Assembly (NCBI GenBank): GCA_965263355.1
Contig: CBDHHL010000032.1
Location: 3,744,001-3,808,000 of the forward strand
Reading direction: 5' to 3'
Length of the DNA: 64,000 nucleotides
Source of the DNA: Leptolyngbyaceae cyanobacterium
GTDB lineage: Bacteria > Cyanobacteriota > Cyanobacteriia > Phormidesmidales > Phormidesmidaceae
A program made the position numbers and the translations under genes. The number at the start of each line of letters is the position of its first letter. The stretch's first letter is position 1. Below, piece by piece: positions 1-9,121 of this stretch. The notes beneath the pieces are model-generated. The model was not told the DNA's origin, searched no databases, and saw only the letters and a program-made list of their open reading frames with translations.

Positions 1-1029
1 CCCTATATCCAGGTGCAGCGATCTCAAACCATAGACGGTGTTGCCCGAGCAGAGGCCCTTACCGTCGGCTCAGGTCGCTGGTATTCGGATGGTAAGCTGA
101 CGACACTGCGGGTGTTTGGGTTTGACCCCAATGGTCAACTCTTTCGCCCTGGCCAAGTATCAAATACGGCGATTCAAGCCTTAAATGCTCCCTATGTAGC
201 CCTGATTGATCGCACCAATATGCGTTCATTTCGCATTAATGGGGTGGGAGATACGGCCCGCATTCGTCAATTGCCGGTTATGGTGGTGGGGTTTACCCGC
301 GATACCCAGTCCCTGGTGTCCAGTAAATTTGTGTTCACATCGTTGTTGAATGCCAATGCCTATATCAGCTCTGGTTTCACCTCTGGATTAACCTGTCAGT
401 TGGGCGATGGGGACTTTACCTGTGTCAATGCCTATCAGCGTAATACGGACACAGCCGATGACGATGCTGCTGAACCAGCCCCCCTCAACTCCGATTCTCC
501 GGTTACCTATGTGTTAATCAAAGCTGAGCCAGGGGAAGATCTGCAAATTCTGAAGCAGCGCATAGAGTCTACCCTCTCGGGGACTAAGGCGTTTACCAAG
601 AATGAGCTAATTAATACAACCCAAGCCTACTGGCAAAATCGTACGGGCATTGGGTTTATTCTGGGACTGGGGGCCATTGTCGGTGTGATTGTTGGCATGG
701 TAGTCGTGGCCCAGATTTTGTATACATCGGTGTCTGAGAATCTGCGAGAATTTGGCACCCTCAAGGCGATGGGGGCATCGGATTGGGATATTTACAGCGT
801 GATTTTGGAGCAGTCGCTGTGGATGGCGGTTTTGGGCTATGTCCCAGGACTGTTGCTCTGTTGGGGGGTGGGTACTTGGACGGCAGCGACTCAAGGCATT
901 GTGGTACTGATTACGCCCATCAGTGCGGTCGGTGTATTGGGCATTACTGTGGTTATGTGTGTTGGGTCAGCGGTGTTTGCTATTCAAAAGGTCACCCGCG
1001 TTGATCCGGGCATTGTGTTCAAGGCCTAA
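1..1029 (+). CDS. ABC transporter permease, DevC/FtsX-MacB family (5'-truncated by window edge)
   Basis: The frame is open from base 1. C-terminal FtsX-like TM region with 'EFGTLKAMGAS' and terminal 'VDPGIVFKA', typical of DevC-family permeases. Followed by an ABC ATPase. Confidence 0.85.
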   Translation, partial: PYIQVQRSQTIDGVARAEALTVGSGRWYSDGKLTTLRVFGFDPNGQLFRPGQVSNTAIQALNAPYVALIDRTNMRSFRINGVGDTARIRQLPVMVVGFTRDTQSLVSSKFVFTSLLNANAYISSGFTSGLTCQLGDGDFTCVNAYQRNTDTADDDAAEPAPLNSDSPVTYVLIKAEPGEDLQILKQRIESTLSGTKAFTKNELINTTQAYWQNRTGIGFILGLGAIVGVIVGMVVVAQILYTSVSENLREFGTLKAMGASDWDIYSVILEQSLWMAVLGYVPGLLLCWGVGTWTAATQGIVVLITPISAVGVLGITVVMCVGSAVFAIQKVTRVDPGIVFKA

Positions 1030-1081
1030 TGGCTTGTCTATCGACGGGTTTGATAAGTGTAAGGTGTGAGCTTAAGACGGT

Positions 1082-1780
1082 ATGGTTGCGATCGCAGCAC
1101 AAAATATCCAAATGTCCTTTATGTCGGGCACCACTGAAACTAGGGTGCTGAAGGGCATTGATTTGACGGTTCCTTCAGGTCAAATCCGCTTGATGATGGG
1201 ACCTTCCGGGTCTGGTAAAACCACATTGCTCTCGATTTTGGCGGGCATTTTGACCCCCACCGCTGGGCAAGTTCATCTGCTAGGTCAAGAAATTACCGGG
1301 CTTTCTCGCAAAGACCTGACTACGTTTCGCCGCCAACATATCGGTTTTATCTTTCAAAGCTTTAATCTGTTTCCAGCGCTGACGGCCTTAGAGAATATTG
1401 AGTTAGCGCTACAGCTAAAAGGTTACAAAGGGCCTGGTATCAAAGAACGGGCATTTGACTTGCTCAAACAGGTAGGCTTAGGCGACCGCGCCAAGAATCT
1501 ACCGGCGGATTTATCAGGTGGTCAGAAACAACGGGTTGCGATCGCCCGTGCGTTGGCCGGTGAACCAGAATTGATCATGGCCGATGAACCCACAGCAGCC
1601 CTGGATTCTGCCACGGGGCATGATGTGATTGAGCTAATGCAGTATCTGGCTAAAAATAAAGGCTGCACGGTGTTGATTATTACCCACGATCCACGTATTA
1701 CCGATGCTGCGGATGAGATTACTTATTTAGAAGATGGCATTTTAGCCAAGGAATCGAGTTTGGTCACCGGGCTGCATTGA
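1082..1780 (+). CDS. ABC transporter ATP-binding protein, DevA/LolD family
   Basis: Walker A GPSGSGKT, signature LSGGQKQRVAIARAL, Walker B IMADEPT, H-loop ITHD. Confidence 0.92.
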   Translation: MVAIAAQNIQMSFMSGTTETRVLKGIDLTVPSGQIRLMMGPSGSGKTTLLSILAGILTPTAGQVHLLGQEITGLSRKDLTTFRRQHIGFIFQSFNLFPALTALENIELALQLKGYKGPGIKERAFDLLKQVGLGDRAKNLPADLSGGQKQRVAIARALAGEPELIMADEPTAALDSATGHDVIELMQYLAKNKGCTVLIITHDPRITDAADEITYLEDGILAKESSLVTGLH

Positions 1781-1875
1781 ATAGACAAGGCACTATCCCG
1801 CAGATACCGCTGCACTAGTTCTATCGCTGCTACCATAGTGACCTTAGCGAGGCCAAAACTTAGGACTAGAGCATT

Positions 1876-2502
1876 ATGACTGCCACTCTTATTCAAAGTC
1901 CTGATCGAGTGGTTTTAAAAAATATTAGCTGGCAAAGTTATCAGAGCTTGATTCGTGATTTAGCTTAGGAACCGGCAATTCGCCTCACCTATGACCATGG
2001 CACTCTAGAAATTCGGATGCCTCTAGATCCCCATGAAACATTTAAGAAGCTAATTGGTCGGTTGATTAAAGCTGCGACCGAAGAGCTTGACCTAGAAATT
2101 CGTAGTTTAGGTTCTCGTACCTGTGATCGAGAAGATCTTAAAAGTGGTTTAGAACCTGATCAGTGTTATTACATTCAAAATGAGCCGAAGGTTCATGGTA
2201 TTGAGCAAATCGATTTAACTCAATTACCGCCACCGGATTTAGCCGTTGAAATTGATATTACAAGCAGTTCTCTAAATCGATTTGCGATTTATCAGGCTCT
2301 AGAAGTGCCGGAAATCTGGCGTTACGATGGCAACTGTTTGAACATCTACGTTTTGCAGGATGATCAGTACGTTAATCAATTTAATAGTCGAGCATTGCCA
2401 TTATTGACAGCTGCTGAACTTTTGCGATTTCTCACTCCCAACCAAGCCTTAGGTGAAAATACTTTAGTCAAACAATTTCGACAGTGGATGAGACAACGAT
2501 AA
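1876..2502 (+). pseudogene. Uma2-family (PD-(D/E)xK) endonuclease with in-frame premature stop
   Basis: ATG at 1876 reads MTATLIQSPDRVVLKNISWQSYQSLIRDLA*EPAIRLTYDHGTLEIRMP, in frame with ORF 2017-2502 (EPDQCYY, PPDLAVEIDITS, VPEIWRYDG). TAG at 1966-1968. Confidence 0.85.
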
Positions 2503-2507
2503 AGATT

Positions 2508-3662
2508 ATGAACGATGATGTTTATCGACTTGCAAATGGTCTCGAAAAATGGCAAATCTGGAGACTAAAAAATCCAGATATCAAAGTTGATTTAAGCAAT
2601 ATTCATTTATCAGAAGAAGTTTCTGACAAACAGCTAACTGTTCTATCCATGAATATTACTCCGGTAATATCTGCTATTTTCTCACTAATTTTCGCGGCTA
2701 TTTGTTTTTTCTACAATTTTCAGGATGTCTTTGATATAGAGAATATTGAGAATGTTGGCCTACTAATTTTGATTGGGCTTGCCTCTGCTGCAATAGCTAT
2801 ATTACTTAGGTTTACCGTTTTTTAAACCATTATTATTATTGTATCTAGCTTTATAATGCGAAGTCTGATACTAACCTTTAAGATAGGGGTAAAGAGTGTT
2901 GATCTTAGCTGTTTTAATTTGAGTAATATAGATTTTTCAAACTCAGATTTAAGTGAGATATATCTTACAAAAGCAGATTTAAGCGGTTCAGATTTTACAG
3001 GTGCGAATCTAACAAATATCAGAGCATTAGAAGCAAATTTTAGTAATGCAAAATTAACAGGAGCTTGCCTTAGCAATCTACAATGTCAGGGCGCAAAGTT
3101 TGATGGTGTACGATGCGATTTTTTCTATCAGCAAGAAGATTACCAGGGGCGATATCCGGCAGAAGGAACCTTGAGCAAAGGGAAATTCTCTAAACTAATT
3201 CAAGATAAGCAGAAGAGAGATAGGCTTCTGAAGCCCATGTCAATACGCTTAGAGTCAGGTAAAAGTAATGAGAATTTGAGAAGAATTTCTGAGCTGATAG
3301 GGGATTCAATAATTGAAGCAATTTTTGATCCATACCTGGATGATACAGCACTTGATAATTTAGGATACTTGAATAGTTATGGAGTGAAATTTTCCAAAAA
3401 TGTAAGATTTTTGACTTCAAGTCCAAAGGCATCAAAGGAAAGTTTTAATGCGTTTTTTCAAGGGATAGCAGAAGATGGTGAAATCAAAAAAATGAAGTCT
3501 AGGAAAGAGCATCGTCGTTTCCTAATACTGGATAAAGATATGGTTCTTATCCTCGGATGCTCTTGGAATCAAATCTCCAAAAATGAAGTTGCATCAATTG
3601 AATTTACTGAAGCGGATCAAGACTTTTTCAATTTAAAGTGGCGAAAAGCTAGAGAAATATGA
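2508..3662 (+). pseudogene. Membrane-anchored pentapeptide-repeat protein with C-terminal PLD-like domain, split by an in-frame TAA
   Basis: ORFs 2484-2825 and 2856-3662 are in the same frame, separated only by TAA at 2823-2825 (...RFTVF*TIIIIVSSFIMRS...). Hydrophobic helices, A(D/N)L pentapeptides, and C-terminal 'IFDPYLD' and 'EHRRFLILDKDMVLILGCSWNQ'. Confidence 0.7.
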
Positions 3663-3681
3663 TTTTAGTTCTTTATCGTAG

Positions 3682-4326
3682 CTAGCTATCTCTAATCAAC
3701 TGCTTCATACCTTTAGCGACTTCACAGAGCTGGTTTTCTCGGCGAGTAGAAAGAGTGAATTTATCTGAAAAGTCATACTCGCTAGTTTGTAAATCTGCTT
3801 TAACGAAAAGGAAATCTTCGCCAGTTGTAATCAGCCCAAACGCTTGTGTGGTCGTTTGTACTAGCAAGATCAGGCCAAAGTTTGAGGCCATCTTGCACTA
3901 CGCTAAATCCATACATCGCACTACCAACACATCGATTAGGCCTTTGAGCAGGGTGTCACCATTTTCAATCTCAATTGATATATATTTGCACTTCACCAGG
4001 GTGTCACCATTTTCAATCTCAATTGATATATATTTTTCACCGCGTTTATAGGGCGGATCACGTAGTCCCAAAAGCTCTAACAGTGGAGAAACCAGAATAA
4101 AATCCACTGTACTTTCTGTAATGGCACCATCAGCCTGATAGTAAAGATATCTGCCTTTCAAGCGGTCAAGAGTATTAATTTCTTCCTGGCATAATTCTGG
4201 TAACTCACCTTGCCACTCGAAAAAGAAATCAGCTTTATTAGCAGGGTGCAGGTTGAGACGCTGATGCACCTCGTTTAGGTTGGTAATCGCTGTGGTAACA
4301 GCCAATGTTTGAGTCATTAAACTCAA
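3682..4326 (-). pseudogene. Degraded cyanobacterial restriction-endonuclease-subunit-R-like protein
   Basis: N-terminal part (FFEWQGELPEL, ESTVDFILVSPLLELLG, GLIDVLVV) and C-terminal part (FGLITTGEDFLFVK) lie in separate ORFs. Internal duplication present and the expected central segment appears missing. Confidence 0.65.
3949..4035. repeat. 39-bp direct repeat, 48-bp period
   Basis: CAGGGTGTCACCATTTTCAATCTCAATTGATATATATTT at 3949-3987 and 3997-4035, duplicating KYISIEIENGDTL. Confidence 0.95.
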
Positions 4327-4361
4327 CTCTAGGAATAGACTCTGATTTTAGTATAGGCTTA

Positions 4362-5336
4362 CTACTTAACTGCCTGCAGTTCTTTTGCGATGTCAGTCAA
4401 GATTTCTCGAACTGAACGTGGCTGCCAGTCTAGTTCTTGCATCGCTTTTTCACCACTAATGCGAACACAGCGATCATATATATAGTGGACTAGCTCATTA
4501 TTCAGAGGTGCATTCCAGGCAAAGACTTTGCCAATAGGGTCTAAGATGCCGCCAATGAGCCTGACTAGGGGTTTAGGTGCATCCGCTGGAGCTTTTACCC
4601 CAGCTGCATCACCTAGAATTTTAAACATTTCACCGATGGAGAGTTCACCTGCGGAGATGATGAAATGTTCACCGGAGGGGGCTTTTTCAGCAGCGAGTAC
4701 CATAGCCTGAACGAGATCGTCAACGTGGACGATGCCGGTGATGCGATCGCACCCTGGCCACAGCGGTAACCGTCCCTTGAGAAATAATTTAATCACCGGC
4801 CCAAAGTGAGGATCGTCCGCTCCAAAAATGCCACCAGGCATAACGCTTACTGCTGAAAACCCATCAGCTACATGCTGATGGATCAGCTGCTGTGCTTTGT
4901 ATTTGGTCTCATCATAAGCCGACGAAAAACCTTTCTGTGTGCGCTGGTAGGTTTCATCAATCACTTTGCCAGCCGTGTCGCCATAAATGCCGATAGTACT
5001 GCAGTAGACTAGCTTTGGTGGATTAGGCTGCGCTTGAATAGCTGCCAATACTGTTTGGGTTCCTTGTACGTTGACCTTTTCCATTCGGGCGGCGTCCACA
5101 ATACCCAAATCTACACAGGCTGCGGTGTGAAATACCCAGTCCATATCGGCCATGGCTGTTTTCAGCGTCTCGCCATTGGTGATATCGCCATAGATCAGCT
5201 GGAGATCTATACCTTTTAAGCGTGATAAATCACTGGTATGTCTAACTAGACCAACAACCTGATGACCTTGGGATGCTAAGAGCTTGACCAAATGGGAGCC
5301 TGTAAAGCCGTTAGCTCCAGTTACCAATGCTTTCAT
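4362..5336 (-). CDS. Extended SDR / NAD-dependent epimerase-dehydratase; candidate 3-keto(ceramide) reductase
   Basis: TGANGFTG Rossmann motif and YDETK (YxxxK). Overlaps the upstream GNAT gene by 4 bp (ATGA). Confidence 0.85.
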   Translation of the reverse strand: MKALVTGANGFTGSHLVKLLASQGHQVVGLVRHTSDLSRLKGIDLQLIYGDITNGETLKTAMADMDWVFHTAACVDLGIVDAARMEKVNVQGTQTVLAAIQAQPNPPKLVYCSTIGIYGDTAGKVIDETYQRTQKGFSSAYDETKYKAQQLIHQHVADGFSAVSVMPGGIFGADDPHFGPVIKLFLKGRLPLWPGCDRITGIVHVDDLVQAMVLAAEKAPSGEHFIISAGELSIGEMFKILGDAAGVKAPADAPKPLVRLIGGILDPIGKVFAWNAPLNNELVHYIYDRCVRISGEKAMQELDWQPRSVREILTDIAKELQAVK

Positions 5337-6475
5337 GCTAATGATTTTTCGTAGATGCGATAGGTTTTGTAGATTGTTGCGCCAGTGCTTTCGATGATGT
5401 TTCGCGATCGCATATTATCCTCATAGACCCAAGACAACTCAGCACGTTTATAGCGTGTTGTCTTCTGAGAGCCACCCTGCATTCCCAAATACACCACTGC
5501 CAATGCCACCATTTTCCGGCTATATTCTGGCAAGGTACAAATAGCTAAAACCCTTGCCTGGTTAATCTGGCGGCGATACCAAAGAAATTTGAGAATACCA
5601 ATGAGATTGAGTTTGCCCTGCACGTGTTTTAGGGCCATGTTGTAATCTGGCAAAGCCATAAAAAAGCCCACCATTTTGTTATCTGATTCTTTTTTTGGGT
5701 CTTCGGCAATAACAAAGATATCGGTATCTACCAGGGGCTGTAACTCCTTTGCTTCCTCCATAAACTCATCTTCGGTACGAGCGCTAGAACTCCAATTGTG
5801 GGCAAACGCGGTAGTGAATAGCTCGTAAATGTGACGACAGTCCTGTTCAAACGCCTCACCTTTGGTTTGGATAGCACGAAACGTAATGCCCGCTTTCCGA
5901 GCGATTTTATAGCCTCGCTCAAAGCTGTCGGGTAAAGGTTTATCCACACGGAAATCATAGGCATAAGCATCTTTAGCCTTATGCCACCCATTAACCTCCA
6001 TAATGTCCAGATAGTACTGGGGGTTGTAAGGCATCATCAGCATTGGAGCTGCATCGAACCCATCGGCTAAAAAAAGACAATTGTTGTGGGTGGACAGATC
6101 TATGGGACCGCGAGCAATCCTCATACCCTGATGTTTTAGCCAATTAGTAGCTGCATTTAAGAGTGCTTGACCGATATCAAGATCATTAATGCACTCAAAG
6201 AAACCTATGAGCCCAATTGCCTCGGTTTCTCGCTCAAGCAGTCGATTATTGACGGCGGCCACAATTCGCCCCACAGGTTGCTCTCCCTGATAAGCAATAA
6301 ACTGTTGTAGTCTGCCGTATTGAAAAAAAGGATTCTCATCAGAAAATTGCTTAGCCGTGCTCGATTCAATCGGGGCAACCCAATAGGGATCATTACGATA
6401 GACATAGGCTGGCACAGCAAAAAAATCTGCCTGTTCCGTGGTGGTAGTGACCGGCTTAGTGGAGAAGTTACTCAT
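5333..6475 (-). CDS. Tandem-GNAT N-acyltransferase resembling the bacterial ceramide synthase (bCerS/YghO-like) family
   Basis: Motifs YRNDPYWVAP, VGRIVA, IGFFEC, RGP, GF..P.LMMPYNP.YY, LPDYN, ELSWVYEDN, KTYRIYEK. Confidence 0.75.
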   Translation of the reverse strand: MSNFSTKPVTTTTEQADFFAVPAYVYRNDPYWVAPIESSTAKQFSDENPFFQYGRLQQFIAYQGEQPVGRIVAAVNNRLLERETEAIGLIGFFECINDLDIGQALLNAATNWLKHQGMRIARGPIDLSTHNNCLFLADGFDAAPMLMMPYNPQYYLDIMEVNGWHKAKDAYAYDFRVDKPLPDSFERGYKIARKAGITFRAIQTKGEAFEQDCRHIYELFTTAFAHNWSSSARTEDEFMEEAKELQPLVDTDIFVIAEDPKKESDNKMVGFFMALPDYNMALKHVQGKLNLIGILKFLWYRRQINQARVLAICTLPEYSRKMVALAVVYLGMQGGSQKTTRYKRAELSWVYEDNMRSRNIIESTGATIYKTYRIYEKSLA

Positions 6476-6492
6476 GGAAGACGTGAGTAGTA

Positions 6493-6591
6493 AATGGTGA
6501 ATGGTGAATGGTGCTTGAAGTTAGATGTTTTTGCTATTAAAACCTAGCTGATTGATCTGAACTTACTAACCAATCATCAATCACCATTCAC
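6493..6591. repeat. STRR-like heptamer repeats in inverted arrangement
   Basis: (AATGGTG)x3 at ~6493-6513 and a degenerate complementary run CAATCATCAATCACCATTCAC at ~6571-6591. Confidence 0.6.
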
Positions 6592-6594
6592 TTA

Positions 6595-7878
6595 CTATGC
6601 ATACTGAGCGATTGCACCACCTAGCTTTTGGCGGACAGCTGTCATTGCCTCTACTAACCGATCCATTTCGGCCTGGGTGTGCAGGGCATTGGCCGTAATC
6701 CGTAGACGAGGCTTGGCAATAAACCAGATGGCTGAAACCCAAATGCTGTGTTCTTCCATCAGAGCACGGGCAAAGGATTTGGGATCTAGATCAGGGGGTA
6801 ACAGTACAGGCACTACATTGGTCTCACCGATAGCGTCAAAGCCAGCGGCAATTAGCTTAGAACGTAGATAGCGCGTATTAGCTTGGAGCTTTGCTACGCG
6901 TTCTGGCTGGCTTCGTACCTGGCGGATACTCTCCAGCGCAGCGGCTGTTACCGGTGGCGGTAAAGAAATTGTACCGATGGATGTGGGTGACACATCTAAT
7001 AGGTCTATGAGTTCACGGTTTGGGGCACTAATGGCCGCACCCGCTGACCCAGCAAACTTTGAAAACGTAGTCATGATGATGGGCACAATGCCACGGTCAA
7101 TCACTGACTGGGGCGTAATGCCAAAGTGATCATAAATGCCTTCGCCTTTGCCACCGATGGCACCGCTAGCATGGGCTTCGTCCATAACAACAATGCTGCC
7201 AGGGTAGTCTTCCATAATGTCGAGCATACGAGGCAGGGGTACCACATCACCATCCATCGAGAAGACAGCATCAGAAATGACAATCACTCGATCATCAGGA
7301 CGCACATAGCGACGCATCTTCCGCTCCAGATCGTCCATATCGCAGTGACGATAGGCCTTGACGCGCACCTTAGGACTGTGGCCGAACATCTTGCCTGAGC
7401 GATTGTCAGCATTAACCACGGCAGCAATAATGCAGCCATGATTCAGCACATCGCTAAAGATAATCGTTTCACGAGTATGCTGAAAGCCCTGTACAGGCAC
7501 TGCCAGATGGCAAAAGCCATCCATCAGTGCCTGTAAGGCCATCCATGCATTGAGAAATAGTTGAGTATGGGGTAAGTGCTTGAAGACGGAAATTTCCTCT
7601 TCTAGTTGACGGTGCAAATCAATGCGACCACTCAGCACCGAACAAGAACTGTTAGAGGTGCCATAGCGACGGATGGAGTCGATAGCAGCCTGTGTGACAG
7701 CATTGTCTTGGGCCATGCCCAAGACATCATTGGTACAGAACGTCAGAACCTGGTGCCGTTTGCCAGTTCCCTGCTCTTCTACATCAATCTGGTTACCATT
7801 TTTTTGATGGCAAATGAACTTGTCAGGGTATAACCCGCTTGCATGCAAACGTTGCACGTAGTCATTAACGACTTCCAC
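6595..7878 (-). CDS. PLP-dependent alpha-oxoamine synthase (serine palmitoyltransferase/BioF/KBL class)
   Basis: NDVLG, HRQLEEEI, D.LNH, YRHCDMDDLE, DAVFSMDGD, DEAH, PLP-lysine motif TFSK, C-terminal RLRIT. Confidence 0.88.
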   Translation of the reverse strand: MEVVNDYVQRLHASGLYPDKFICHQKNGNQIDVEEQGTGKRHQVLTFCTNDVLGMAQDNAVTQAAIDSIRRYGTSNSSCSVLSGRIDLHRQLEEEISVFKHLPHTQLFLNAWMALQALMDGFCHLAVPVQGFQHTRETIIFSDVLNHGCIIAAVVNADNRSGKMFGHSPKVRVKAYRHCDMDDLERKMRRYVRPDDRVIVISDAVFSMDGDVVPLPRMLDIMEDYPGSIVVMDEAHASGAIGGKGEGIYDHFGITPQSVIDRGIVPIIMTTFSKFAGSAGAAISAPNRELIDLLDVSPTSIGTISLPPPVTAAALESIRQVRSQPERVAKLQANTRYLRSKLIAAGFDAIGETNVVPVLLPPDLDPKSFARALMEEHSIWVSAIWFIAKPRLRITANALHTQAEMDRLVEAMTAVRQKLGGAIAQYA

Positions 7879-7996
7879 AATTTACTCCTCATCACCTACA
7901 TTGAGCATATCAATCAACCAAGGTCTAGGCTAAAAGCTGAGCAACCTTTGGCAGCAGACCTTGGCAACGGGGCTTGGGTATCCCCAAGCGGGCGAA

Positions 7997-9121
7997 TCAC
8001 ACAAGCATACCGCTACTAACCTCCTGAGACGGTTGGATAGAAGACTCTTTTGGAACCTCCAAAGAAGAGGAATGAGGAACTTCTAAACGCTCATACTGAC
8101 CGACAATGACTCTTTGAAGAGCGATGATTGCCGGATTAACTTCGACGTAGTTGCGGTGAGGATTGATGGAATAGTTATGCTGCTCACTTTCCATCATTTC
8201 TACGTCCTGATGTAGAAATTTGAGAAAAATACTGTTCAAAATTACCTTTTCTAGCACGTTAGCCAGTGGACCACTCAATAACCATTGAGGTAATGGCAAT
8301 TTAAGGAATAACAACGAAAAGGATCTTGTCTCGGTAGGACCCATCGGTAATCGCATTAGGTAAAGGGATGATACAGACTCTAATGCGGTGGCATAGTGGG
8401 GATATTGATAACGAATGGAAACTGTACGGGTGGTACTACTATTGCCCTTTGCCCCTAAACCAAGAAGCTTGCTTAAGAAGCCGTCATAGGAAACCTGGTA
8501 ATCGGCTGATACACCGTCGTCATCTTGTTTCAGATTAAGCAGCTTAGGATCGTACCAGCCTTGCAGGTCTTTGTGCAGAAACCCATGAAATACATCCATT
8601 GTGTTTTCATTGCAGATGGAGAAATGGGCATTAAAATGTCCTGGAATACGGACCATAAACCAGCCTGGTTGACCATACTGGGGTACTTCCGGTAAGGAGT
8701 GTTGAGCTGCTAGCTCTAGCTCTCCCGGAAAGACCCATACAATTCCATATGCTTCTTGGGTTGGATAGTGACGGGCTTGTGCACAAGGTAATTTTTGTTC
8801 CTGAGGAAAGTAAGGAATACCAACGCACTGACCATGGCTGTTAAATTCCCAACCATGGTACGGACAAACTAGGTTGTTTCCATGTACTTCTCCTCGATGA
8901 AGTTCAACACCTTTGTGGGGACAGGCATTAGCCAGGGCATTGACTGCTCCATCAGCATCGCGGTAAACCGCCAAGGATTCTTCCCATACCTGAACAGAAA
9001 CCACATCTCCCCGCTTAAGCTGATCGGCCCACAAGACTGGATACCAATAATTGGGGTTAATACCAACAGCGCGTGCACGTCGGTATATGGGTTGACCTTT
9101 AAGAACAGCAGACGCTTCCAT
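7997..9121 (-). CDS. Rieske non-heme iron oxygenase (ring-hydroxylating alpha subunit / VanA-like)
   Basis: Rieske CPHKG...CPYHGW and mononuclear Fe site ENTMDVFHGFLH ... QDVEMME. Confidence 0.92.
   Translation of the reverse strand: MEASAVLKGQPIYRRARAVGINPNYWYPVLWADQLKRGDVVSVQVWEESLAVYRDADGAVNALANACPHKGVELHRGEVHGNNLVCPYHGWEFNSHGQCVGIPYFPQEQKLPCAQARHYPTQEAYGIVWVFPGELELAAQHSLPEVPQYGQPGWFMVRIPGHFNAHFSICNENTMDVFHGFLHKDLQGWYDPKLLNLKQDDDGVSADYQVSYDGFLSKLLGLGAKGNSSTTRTVSIRYQYPHYATALESVSSLYLMRLPMGPTETRSFSLLFLKLPLPQWLLSGPLANVLEKVILNSIFLKFLHQDVEMMESEQHNYSINPHRNYVEVNPAIIALQRVIVGQYERLEVPHSSSLEVPKESSIQPSQEVSSGMLV

Noticed and set aside
2811..2825. Programmed frameshift or phase-variable T-run joining the two pentapeptide ORFs
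   Set aside because: Both ORFs are in the same frame, so the lesion is a stop codon rather than a frameshift.
6595..7878. Annotating the PLP enzyme as bioF
   Set aside because: There are no biotin genes nearby and the context is acyltransferase plus reductase. The family-level call is kept without a symbol; BioF activity is not formally excluded.
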